The notes beneath the pieces were generated by a model. It was not told where the DNA came from. It saw only the letters and a list, made by a program, of their open reading frames with translations, and did no database searches. 64,000 nt of DNA from Mayamaea pseudoterrestris. Its lineage: Eukaryota. This document shows positions 1 to 10,711 of this stretch, in pieces (positions within the stretch are counted from its first letter, which is position 1; every line of letters begins with the position of its first letter). Where the stretch lies: contig BROI01000006.1 in assembly GCA_027923505.1 (NCBI GenBank), forward strand, positions 434,001 to 498,000. The letters are read 5' to 3'. The position numbers and the translations under genes are program-made.

Positions 1-840
1 AGCTTCGTCGTGAGACGTCGCTTCTTGTCGGGCAACTTTCACCTTCCGCCCGTCAAGCGAAAGGATGATCGAGACGAGAATTAGCGTCGTTTCGCGACTC
101 CCGTGACATCAACTCATGACACTTGTTTCGACAGCGTTCATTCGGAATGACTCAAATGCGAACTGTGTGTCATCGACGCCATTGTGTTGAGTAACCTTTC
201 ACGCACGACTCATCAATCACGTCAAACTGCAAATTGTGTCAGGAGTCGAGTGAAGTGTTCGGGTGAAATGTCAATGTGCAAGTTCCGATCCGGAAGGTTG
301 CATGTCATTGGCGCGTCATGGCGAGGCCGGCGCGGCGTTCCGTTCTGTAGACTTGCGTAGCGCCAGTACTCGACGTCATGGATTTCGCGCGAACATTCTG
401 TTCGTCACCTGCTTGGCGAGTCTTGACTCACTTCTTCTTATATCGATCGCCAGCTGTCTCCTCGCTTCATCGAACGACACGATCAAGTTACACATTAAGA
501 GGTACGCTAATGCTTATGTTGCCGTATTGCAAGGCGTTGTTTGCTTTCTTGTGGGGACTGGACCTTGTGGCTTTTGGTCTTGGTTGTTGTTTCGTGATTC
601 CCGATGGAGTGATGGATGATGTAATGCTCTGCGTCGAATTCTGCGGAAAAGCGACGCCACGGCAGCATGGAGACACCAAGTCTTCTCATTAGAACATGTT
701 GTTGTTGATTGTCCAAACTCCTCGCAAAAACTCAGCTCTCTACTTTTCTCTTTCCTCGTGCATCCCCAGTCTCATTGATTCTCCCCCGCACTGGACCTCA
801 TTCATTCCACACCTCATCACTCGAAAACCACGAAACGACA

Positions 841-2034
841 ATGACACCTCAACGTCTTCCTACCATTACTCTGGCCATACTTACTCTACTAACGGTGGTT
901 GAAAGCTTCCAGTTCCACCCTCTTCAAGACCCAAACGTCATGAAGCCCTTTTCCGTTAAGGATGATGTCAAGAAGGTGATTGATGAGGTTTCGAAGGGAA
1001 GCGACACTCCACTGGCGAGCAAAACGCTTACGGACATTCATAAAGTCACTACTACCATCGTCAAGCCTTTGGACTCGCGACATGCGATGGATCGTAAGAA
1101 ATGGGGAGTTGACAAGGACTACTCAAACGAATACTGGCTCGACAAGCGAATCCATACGTTGGGCAATGTTGGTTTTGGAGGTGCGTTTCACGCGGCGGTG
1201 GCACCTTTGAGCACAAAGTTGATTGACTTGGCGGCGTATGACGGCAAAGACATTCGTCAAGAAGTAAGTTTAAATGAGTGAGCGACTACTGCATGTGTGA
1301 AGTAGCGCAGCGAGTCATGTGTCATGTAAGCATGGATTTTAAACTAACACTTTTTAACTTTAATAACTACTCAGGTTGCTGAGGAGTTGCGCAAACGAGT
1401 TAGCAAGACGAATGCACGCATCCTTGACCTCTGCTGCGGAGTCGGAATCTCGACGCGGTCGCTTAAGAAAGCCTTTCCTCACGCCGAGACTGTCATTGGC
1501 ATTGATTCGTCGCCAGAAATGGTTTCGATGGCAAGCTTTCTCTCCAAGCATTTGGATTACTTCCAGCCTTTGTATGAAAAGTGGACTGGTCTGAGTCCGA
1601 ATGCTGCGAGGGCCATGCCGACACTGGTCAAGGCAGCCTCAAAGTCTATCAGCGTACCTCTCGATGCAGCTCGCGCCTATTTTATGCAAGGCAATGCCGA
1701 AGATACGCAGCTTCAAACCAAGTCATTTGATATTGTTACTATCATGTACGCTTTCCATGAAGCTCCCGAGGCTGGACGTCAACGTATGCTTCAAGAAGCC
1801 CGTCGTCTCTTGGCTCCAGGAGGTACGTTGGCGATTGTCGATATATCGCACGACTATGTTCCGTCGGAGAGCATGTTGGCGGGCGAGCCGTACATTTTAG
1901 AGTACCAGCAGAACATTCACAGTCAGCTGCAACGCCTCCGAGGCTTTTGCCACCAGTCGCCGTCGTACAAGACGCTTGTTCCAGGACGTGCTGGAGTTTG
2001 GCTCTTGAAGCGATCGACGAGTGCCTTTGCGTAA
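841..2034 (+). CDS. Class I SAM-dependent methyltransferase (UbiE/Methyltransf_25-like), probably plastid-targeted; 2 exons
   Basis: Exons 841-1263 and 1375-2034. Intron 1264-1374 (GTAAGT...CTAAC...TCAG) joins RQE|VAEELRKR in frame. Motif I ILDLCCGVGIST, VIGIDSSPEMV, GNAEDT, FDIVTIMYAFHE, RRLLAPGGTLAIVD. Hydrophobic N-terminus ends VES-F. Confidence 0.85.
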
Positions 2035-2353
2035 CCACCTCACGTGGCCTTGTTCTTTTGACGCGGATGGAATATAGAGAGACGGCATACGTACATATCA
2101 TCATCGCTGCCACCCCGTTAAATGCTTCCTGTTCTCACGAAGGACCACCTTTGGAACATTTTGGTCCCAGTGTCACACTGACGACACATCCATTATATTT
2201 GTACCCGCACCCTTTGATGAATACAATAGAGAAAAAGCTCATTTTTTGTATAAAACCGATGTAGAGAGTAGGCGCAATTGTAGAACAACTAGCAAGCTTT
2301 CGTCGCACCATACCCATGCTCAAGTGTTCGAATGATGTCGATGAATTTCGTTC

Positions 2354-4693
2354 CTACGACTGTGCTCTAGCAGCGAGCTCTTCAACTCCCCTGTCAATGT
2401 CCTTCCAGCTGACCGGAAACTCTCGGTTGAAAAAGGCACCATGCAAAACCGAATACTTGTGCATCGCATCGCGAGATTTTTGAAGCACATAGTAATATGA
2501 AGTTGGCAAGACACCCTTTTCGTGACCAGGCGACTTGTCCTTAATGGCGTGATAGGCGCGCATGCGATTTATAAACCCAGTAAAGCTATGAGAGATACAT
2601 CGCGTAGAAACATGAGATACAGAGATAGGGTGAGTGGCATGCGTTGTCGCCGACAGTAGCATTGGGCACACAACATAAACTTACGTCGAATGCCAGCATC
2701 CAAAAAACTTGACGCCGCGAGACGCAACGAGCTGATCTATCATGCCGTAATAATTGGTATTAACGCCCTCTATGGCATCTTTGAAGTCACTCATGAACTT
2801 GAGATCGTAATGCTGCTTGAGTGGATCAAAGAATGATTTGTCGCGCTCATCAGTGGCCACATACACAATGGATCCATCCGGCAAGACATCCTTGATGTTT
2901 TCGTATATTTCTTCCGCACTGATGCGTGTTTGCTTAAACTGAAAGTCTCCTCGTCGAATGTGGAAAGTGTCAAATTCGCCATTTTGATTGCCAGGTTTGC
3001 TTCTAGCGTATTCTCGCATTGCCGCAACAATGCGAGCAGCTGCACACTGAATTTCGTCCGCGTATCTAACGTGGTCGCGCATGAATCGCTTCATCCAAAG
3101 GTCCTCCCTCCAATCTTCGAAGAAAAGAAATGCGTAAAAATGGACTGCATATCGTAAGGTAAATGCGAGGTGAGCGAACATGGCAGAGATAATAAAAGGC
3201 AGCTACAGCAGTCACCTTACCCAGCATGCGAACGCGGAGTTTGTGACTACACATGAAGTGCAGGACTGGAGCCTTCTGCATCTCCTCATCGTAAACACAC
3301 AACTCTTTCCGGCCCGAAAGATTCTCCTTCATTCTCTCCATAGGTGCCGCATCAACCGGAACAGGATTGTCCACAAACTCTTGCTGTGGTTGCCCGTCCG
3401 CTGCAATTTGTTGCTGCATGGTCATGAGCTCCTCCACATCCGCCGACCCGCCCTTTGCCGGAAAAGCTGCCAAGCATTTGTGAGGCGCCCACAACGGAGT
3501 AATTGTAACGTTGCGCAACCACACCTTGAGTATTGTAAAGTCCTGTCCATCCCAGTCGGTGCGATTATTGTCCGGTGGAAACTCGACTTCGCCCGTATAC
3601 TTGTTCCGCAGCGTCCCCTTCATGGCTGTCTCTTCCAAAAAGTCCTTCATGGATATAATGTCCAAACCAGCATGCTCACGAGAAACTTCCTCCAATGGGA
3701 AAAAGTCGGCAAAGGTAAATTCAGTCTTGTGCTTGTCTCGGTCCTTGGCCAGCAAATACATGCGCTGGGCTGGAGGCTGAGTGGAGCGGACATGGCTGAG
3801 CCAAAGGCAAGAGGCAAAGGACAAGCACGCACGCGCACAACATGCAGACGGAAAATTCCCTTTCAACGTACCAACACCAGTGTTCGTCCTGTAGCAACCG
3901 CTAATCCCAAGACTGTTTCCATGGCCATTCTGTGGCGAGAGTAGAGGGGCGCACCGATCAGAAACAAGGGCAGCAAAGTCTATTCACATACTTTGAGCTC
4001 ACTACTCTTTCAGCATTTCAACTTGCTTCAAACTCGCATCTGCAAGTCAAGAATATTGCATTTCATTTGCCGTACATCGTCTTGTATTATCAAAACGTAC
4101 CGAATATTGTTCCACCCGCCTCCATCCGGCTCAAACGTCATGTACTGCCGTGGTCCCTGCTGGATGCGAAAGGGACTCACGAAGCGTTGATCCGACGCAA
4201 CGTCACGCCAGTAGACCATTTCGGAAGCGTCCGACGGACCTCCATGAGCAACGCAGTTTAGGCCAGCGAGCGTTGATTGCGGCTGCTGCTGCTGCTGCTG
4301 CTGCTGCAACTGTACTTTGTTCGCCGTTTCAGAAACCACCATGCCATTTTGTATGATCTTGTCGTTATCCGATTGCTTTTCATTCATTCTTTCAGTCTTC
4401 ATATATGGTCCATGGCCAGACAGTGCCAACGCATCCGGAACGGAGTGAATCATGTAAAAGCTGCTCGCGGCGCAAAGGACGCACCCAATTCCAATGGCGA
4501 AGAGCATGAAATGCACAATCGTCCACGATGGTTTCACTGCGGCAGTGTTTGACTGCTGCTGCTGCTGCTGCTTTAATGTCTTCAACTTGCTGGGTGAAAT
4601 ATCCAAAGCAACACTGCTGGATGCAGGCATAGAATGGTGCTGCTGCGGTGCGTCGTGGGCCGACGATGAGGATGGATGCGCTGGACGGGCCAT
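2354..4693 (-). CDS. GDP-fucose protein O-fucosyltransferase family (O-FucT/POFUT2-like), type II membrane protein; 5 exons
   Basis: Exons 4693-4101, 3929-3872, 3776-3221, 3144-2685, 2585-2354, all GT-AG and in frame. Motifs FEPDGGGWNNIRMAMETV, HIRRGDFQF, VYVATDERD, GMIDQLVASRG, STFTGFINRMR. One N-terminal TM helix. Confidence 0.85.
4282..4307. repeat. (GCT)n microsatellite encoding poly-Gln in the O-FucT stem region
   Basis: Direct read: gctgctgctgctgctgctgctgctgc. Confidence 0.9.
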
Positions 4694-5025
4694 GACGACA
4701 AAAAAATTACCAAATCGATATTCAGCTAGCAAAGCTTCGTTCGTTGCTATCGAGGCTGAAAAGGAGAAGCAAGTGCAGCAACGAAGTTGCACAATATATT
4801 CAAGTGAATGATGATGAATGCATTGGCGCACCGCCGCAACATTGCACACGACTGGTTTTAGTCACGAACATGATATCATCTCAGAACTGCTGCGACATTT
4901 CGCATCCGATTTCAGAATCGTTCCGTTTCTACCATGAACTGTGTGCGCACCTCTATCATCGAGATTGCATAATGGCATGAATGATACATACCAATATAGC
5001 TACACAAACACTAACATCGTAGAGC

Positions 5026-5994
5026 ATGCATCATGATTCGGAATCTTCCGGCAAGAAGAAAAACTCCAAGTTATCCAAACGGCGCAACCGACGAAAACAC
5101 CAGTCGCAGTGCTACCTTTACCAGCAATACTTTCATCGACTGACCGCCACCAAGGCTGCCGTCTACTTGATTGTCGTCGTTTATGTTTTATCAGTATGTG
5201 TATTGGTCGTTCTTGAACTATTTATGCCGGTGGAGACGGATGCGCTACTGGCAGTGAATGCTACGAATTCAAATACGACAGCATCATCATTGAAACATCA
5301 ACTTTTAGTACGAGACTACACCCACATTCACCATCGACCACTCTGGCTCCTCTTGTTGACACGAGAGGAGTGTTCCTTCGGTCGCCGCTTGCTCGCCAGC
5401 GTCTTGCTCGGCAGCATCATGAGTTTGGTCAGCTTGGGATCTTGTCTGTTTAGCATCAACAGTGTGTTTGCGTTTCGCAGCGGTCCCATGGACTGGGACG
5501 CGAGTCGCGTGAGTGCGGCCGTTCCGAGTGGTGTCGGCTTTTTAGGGGCTGGCTTGATCTTCAAGGAGGCGCAGCAGGATTCCGCCACGGGTGAAACGAA
5601 CCACGTGGTGCATGGCTTGACGACGGCGTCGTCGCTGTGGGTATCGGCGGCGGTAGGCATGGCGTGCGCCGGACAGTTGTACTTTGCGGCATGCTTTTCG
5701 GTGGCAATCATGATGGTGCTGCTGCGGTTTGGGCCTCGACAAAGTGATCCAAGCGATGGCGAGATTGATGAAGAAGAAGACAATGATGAAAACGACGATT
5801 ACGAATTCGAACGACCAAGATATTCGTCGACTGACTCGTATAACAATAACATACTGCCAGGTGGCGAAGAATCGTCGTCGTTGATTGCCGAAGTGCATAC
5901 GCCGTTGCGGCGACAACCAAGCGCTGCGAATAGCGTACGGTCAATACGCAGTTCACACCGCAAGTCCCGGGCGTCATTAGGAGGCATTGTATAA
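5026..5994 (+). CDS. MgtC/SapB family membrane protein, apparently with an internal deletion
   Basis: Intronless ORF with MSLVSLGSCLF, DASRVSAAVPSGVGFLGAGLIFK and VHGLTTASSLWVSAAVGMACAG, which are MgtC hallmarks. The expected IGxERxxxxxxAGxRT segment is absent. Confidence 0.85.
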   Translation: MHHDSESSGKKKNSKLSKRRNRRKHQSQCYLYQQYFHRLTATKAAVYLIVVVYVLSVCVLVVLELFMPVETDALLAVNATNSNTTASSLKHQLLVRDYTHIHHRPLWLLLLTREECSFGRRLLASVLLGSIMSLVSLGSCLFSINSVFAFRSGPMDWDASRVSAAVPSGVGFLGAGLIFKEAQQDSATGETNHVVHGLTTASSLWVSAAVGMACAGQLYFAACFSVAIMMVLLRFGPRQSDPSDGEIDEEEDNDENDDYEFERPRYSSTDSYNNNILPGGEESSSLIAEVHTPLRRQPSAANSVRSIRSSHRKSRASLGGIV

Positions 5995-6052
5995 CATATA
6001 ATTGTAGCTAGCAAATTCTTCAGGTAATATTATAAAAGCGTCTTGTTACTTG

Positions 6053-7357
6053 CTACGACAACTCGCCGACGAGTACTCGATGGTCGGCAGATCCCGATGC
6101 CACAACATTCGGCAACTGTGGATGGAACGCCACCGCGTTGACGCAACCCTTGTGCCCCGGCAGCACGTACAGCTCCTTGTCAGTGTCGCTCACTGTCGTT
6201 GTCAAGTCCGCCGCATCCCATATATGCACCAACTTGTCGGCCGACCCGCAACTCACCAAGTTCCCATCGCAGGACCACGCGCATTTCAACAAGCCGCGGT
6301 CCGACGAGTGCTTGTGTCCTTGATACGTTTGCACCAACCGGCGATTTGTGTTGGCGACAAAGGGGCGCACGTCCCAAACACGCAGCGTGGCATCCATGTT
6401 GTTGCTCAGCAAGTGCGTGCCGCGCGGATGGAGCGCCAATCCGCTAATCGTGTCGGCGTGGCCCGTGAGTGCGTACACTGGTTTCGTGATCGTTTGGTCG
6501 GATAGCATGGTCAAGTCCCAGCAAACAATCAAATTGTCCAAGCCGCCCGTGTAAACGTGTGATTCGGAGAGTGCCACGGCGGTGAGTGGAATGGTGGCAG
6601 CAGTATCGGCTGCACCAGACGACAACGGCGCCACCAGACTCGCCACTGGTTTCCTTTGACGCGCGTCCCACAGCTTGCACGTTCCGTCGTCGCTGCAGGA
6701 TGCCAAGAGTGGGTGGGAGCTAGTGTCGGCCGATGGCGACGACGAAACGGCATTGACAACCTTGTCGTGCTTGTAGCTGCGGATTGTCTTTGTTGCCAGA
6801 ACGTCGTGCAGCTGCACTGTCCTGTCGGCGCCGCACGTGACCAGTAGTTGATCGCTGCCGCTGCCGCGTTGGTTCATCCAGCAGCAATCCAAAATGGCAT
6901 TCTTGTGGGCACTCGTCAAGGCGTGAGTGTTAACGTAGAAGGAACCGTGACAAGAGGCGAGCGACGAAGGAGCAATGGAGCGCTGCGAACAATACTCATT
7001 CAGTAGATACTCTTGGTAAGTGGACGAGTTCATCATGTTGGCGTTGTCATCATGCTCGTTGTCGTCGTCTGCTGCCAAATAGTTCATGCTCACGTTGCGC
7101 GAAATGACGCTCCAAACGAAGCATGCCCGATCCGTCGTGGAGGTCGACGCCAGCATTGTTCCCGATGCATTGTAGGCCAGTGACGTGACGGCACCAACGT
7201 GACCGGAAAGCTGAATGGTGCTGCTGCTACTGTTCGATGGTGCAGCAGCGTTTGCGTCGTTCGTTGCAGCAGCTACCGTCATGGCGGTCGTCGACGTGCC
7301 AATCATTCGCGGTCGTTTTTGCGGAGGCAGCATCTCACTGTCATCGAATGAAACCAT
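6053..7357 (-). CDS. SNRNP40: WD40 protein, U5 snRNP 40 kDa-like
   Basis: HKNAILD, SCSDDGTCKLWDAR, GHADTISGLALHP..LLSNNMDATLRVWDVRPF, LLKCAWS..VSCGSADKLVHIWD, LYVLPGHKGCVNAVAFHP and C-terminal VLVGEL match the SNRNP40 pattern. Confidence 0.85.
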   Translation of the reverse strand: MVSFDDSEMLPPQKRPRMIGTSTTAMTVAAATNDANAAAPSNSSSSTIQLSGHVGAVTSLAYNASGTMLASTSTTDRACFVWSVISRNVSMNYLAADDDNEHDDNANMMNSSTYQEYLLNEYCSQRSIAPSSLASCHGSFYVNTHALTSAHKNAILDCCWMNQRGSGSDQLLVTCGADRTVQLHDVLATKTIRSYKHDKVVNAVSSSPSADTSSHPLLASCSDDGTCKLWDARQRKPVASLVAPLSSGAADTAATIPLTAVALSESHVYTGGLDNLIVCWDLTMLSDQTITKPVYALTGHADTISGLALHPRGTHLLSNNMDATLRVWDVRPFVANTNRRLVQTYQGHKHSSDRGLLKCAWSCDGNLVSCGSADKLVHIWDAADLTTTVSDTDKELYVLPGHKGCVNAVAFHPQLPNVVASGSADHRVLVGELS

Positions 7358-7735
7358 TATTTAGGCCAAGCGAGTGTAGTGACTTGATTTACTTCGCAAT
7401 GAAACGATGCAATACCATTAAGGCGCTTCGATGATGTTGACGGAAAACGCAGATGCGAAACGTTTGATGGACGTCATTCAGTCGTGCTACGACACCAAAA
7501 GTTGGTAAAACAGCTTCGCACGACCGAAGTAGTCGTATCGGTACTCGTAAGCGGTCATTTTCGAATTTCGAAAATGTCCATTCCGATGTGGATGCTTTCG
7601 CCCTCCAAGCTTGAATTGACAGTGAACCATGGAAAGGCTCATTACCGATGCAAAAGCGACGAGACCGTCTCATCATTGCTGCATCTAACTGTGCACTGTG
7701 TCTCGACGGCGTCTTTTGTTATACGTCTCGTGGTC

Positions 7736-9253
7736 ATGGCAGCTAGCGATGAGGCAATAACAATTTCGCCAATCGGCTTGCCCATTGCCGATTCATCACC
7801 TCCTCCAGCAACCTCACGAAGCAAGCGAAGGCGCATTGCCATCGCCGCTTCGGCGTACCTATTCTATGTCAGCGTGAGGCTGTTCAAATCAACGTACGTG
7901 CTGACTGCGTCAAGTGACGAAATGTTTCAAATCGCCAACAGTATGGGTTTTTCCATGGAGCAACTTTGGAATGGGACATCTTTCGGAAATACCAAAATTG
8001 ATCCGACGCCGCCAAAATCCATATTTTCCATCTTTTACAACATTTACATTCCATCCGCAAGCGACAATTTTAGCATTCCACTCGATGCCGCGTTGGTGAA
8101 GGAAATTGTCCAAGAGCAGATTGGTCTCATTGCAGATTCTGATGCTGCCCGAACGTTTGACCAGATACGTTTGAACTACATTACGGTCGGCTGCCCGAAC
8201 GTGATCAACGCGACCTTTGTGACAGACCTTTGCAACTCGCATCAAGGTCGATTGAAGTGCCATCATGTACGACACGAAAATATCGGCAACGAAGAACTGA
8301 CGCTCCAAATGCTTTGGGAACATTGTCGACGCGACGGTACGCCACCCGACGAACGGGTTGCCTATATTCATTCCAAAGGTACCTTTCACAGCAAAACGTG
8401 GAACGGACTCACGCAGGGCTCCTGGCGACGGCATGGAACGCGCACGGTGGTCCGCAAGGAGTGCTTCGACCCGCCGAATCCACTGTGCAACATGTGTTCC
8501 ATGATGTCAACCTTGTGGCGTGAGTATAATAACCTGCTGTTGCTTTGAGTGCAGTTCCTGTTGCGCGGCTTGTCTCACAACAATTTTGTAACTCATTCCT
8601 TAGCATACGTTTCCGGCCCTGGGAACTTCTTTACTGCGAAATGTGACTACGTCAAGAAGTTATATCCTCCGAATGAATTTCAAGAGGCCATGGCCAAGGT
8701 AAGTCCTCAAGTCCAATAGAATCACAGAATCAATTTAGCCTACATTCTCAAATGCAAACGTCAATCGCAATGCATGCAGATTAACGCGACTAGACAAATG
8801 CTTACGGATGTGGTGCACAAGTTCGAACTCAACCTATTGCCAGTCAAGGATAGCAATCTCGGGGTGGATCGGTACGCTAACGAACATTGGGTTGGCAGCA
8901 ATCCTGAAGTACAGCCCTGTGACATGTCGGACACTTACGATATGAGCTTTTGGCAAAAGACGGACCAACCCGATGAGGCTTTCAAGTGGGAAATGCAACC
9001 AAGGAGTTCAACGCCAAGTATCCTCAAGCATTTAAGAACGCGAGACAAGACGACTCGACTCAAGGATTATTTCTTGTTGGGCGGTTACCTCTACAAGTGG
9101 TACACCTTGTACGGGCGAGGGCCGCCTTCGGACTCTTGGGTATGGGAGTGGTTTCCATTTGGCGCCGAGTGGAAAGAAGCTGTTGAAAATTACGGTGCGC
9201 ATGCGATGGATGTTTTGCTCGCCATTGAGGCCAATCGAACTAGAGTTGCTTGA
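7736..9253 (+). CDS. Uncharacterised type II membrane protein with YIHSKG motif (possibly glycan-active); 3 exons
   Basis: Exons 7736-8519, 8604-8698, 8780-9253. Introns GTGAGT..TAG and GTAAGT..CAG join LWP|YVSGPGNFFTAKCDYVKKL and AMAK|INAT in frame. Motifs FYNIYIP, IVQEQI, NEELTLQMLWEHC, YIHSKGTFH, CNMCS, DRYANEHWVGSNP..PCD. Confidence 0.7.
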
Positions 9254-9544
9254 CAGCGATGGATCAATACAGTACCGATTAGGAAGCGCGCATACATTAA
9301 CGTAGCGCGCGCGTACATTGATCCAATTGGAGCATGGCGGTTGCCCTCGGGCGAGACTTTGCGAGCGACAATAGGATAAGTGGAGCGACATGACTACCTA
9401 AACAGTGACTGCACGTTATGAGGCAACAATGATATTTAAACAGAACGGAAGCGGTGCCAAGTACCTGTGCATCATGCTGAATACCATGTTCGGCTATCAT
9501 CTACGCGTGCCAACTTCTTGGCGATCATAACGTCGAGATTACAA

Positions 9545-10300
9545 TACTATTCAAAAATTTCCACCCCATCAACCTTTGAAGGTGTCTCATTGTAAGCTGT
9601 ACATACTCGGACAGTCTATTATGCAAGCTATATCCAATGTACTCTTTTTTGTTGATGTTGCAGTTGTTGAGTCGGTACAGGTTTGTATCTAAACGTGGCA
9701 AAGTCCTTGTTGTCTGGGAGATTGTCGTAGCCCCATGTTATGGCAGGATTGTCGCTCAGGTCACACGGCGCGCTGGCTGGATGCGAGTAGATCCAATGCT
9801 CGGCAGCGTCTCGACCAATGGCGTAGCAATATGGCTTGTGGATGGACAGTTTTGGGTGGGAGATTGTCACTTGCTGCATCTTAGCTTCGAACAATCGTGG
9901 GTCTATCAAGCGGCGGATGTAGCTACATCTCGCGAGCCACATTTTACCAATGTATGCGGATGAGGGATGGGTGACATGGGAGAAGAGCATACATCGCAAG
10001 AGGTGGGGATTGCTAGACATTCGCGTGTCAGCTGACAGCGCACCTGCCGACGAAAAGGTGCACAATCTGTCAATATCAGGCCGGGGACGAAAAGAACCCT
10101 TCAAATGCAAATATACTGCTTTAGAAGTAGGTTGTATGGTGCAATAGTACTACAAAGAATAAAGCGTTTCCATTTCTATTCCTTCGTCGTGGTGTTGTAC
10201 TGTCGTTGGGTTGAAAATATGTAGCGGGTAGCCAATGGAGTGCACAAACATCTGATGTTACGTCCGTAGCATAGATACTGCAACTGCGAACCTCATGTAC
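9545..10300 (-). pseudogene. Degraded paralog of the YxHxKG family gene at 7736-9253
   Basis: Minus strand reads HQMFVHSIG..QHHDEGIEMETLYSL*YYC..VYLHLKGSF, with TAG at 10150-10152 where the paralog has W. ECLAIPTSCDVCSSPMSPIPHPHT lies in a shifted frame; MWLARCSYIRRLIDP and GRDAAEHWIYSHP..PCDL are back in frame; the C-terminal RLSEY..YNETP..GWKF is frameshifted again. Confidence 0.75.
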
Positions 10301-10711
10301 CTAAACATTAAGATGAAAGCTTTGCATACTGTTGAGAATCGGCGCAATTGGTCATCGACACCTGAGCAGTGTATGCACGACTGAAGCGAACACATTCGCG
10401 GGGCGGGGAGGTGGTAGGATCAATGGTTTTACAATGTCTGCAACGACTTTTGCGCGCTACGCGCGCACAAACATTGCCAAACAGCAGACGCAGTATGCTA
10501 AATTAACTGGCTCGGGTAGATGATGTCGCAGAACCACCGGTCATTTATGGGTCATTGGAGTAGACTGCACGAACGCCAAGAAGTACGGCATGTCGCACCA
10601 AGTTACACCCATTAATGTCGTGAAGCATGTCCGGATATATCCTACCACAATTAATGTTGCGTAGACTCGACTACGGGAGACACTGCTGGATGGCAGCTTC
10701 GGGCATCCTGC

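Noticed and set aside
263..716. Several short overlapping ORFs upstream of the first gene
   Set aside because: No motifs, several non-ATG starts. Likely promoter or intergenic sequence.
10411..10648. 10-bp inverted repeat GTGGTAGGAT / ATCCTACCAC bounding 238 bp
   Set aside because: Short, with no target-site duplication. Compatible with chance.
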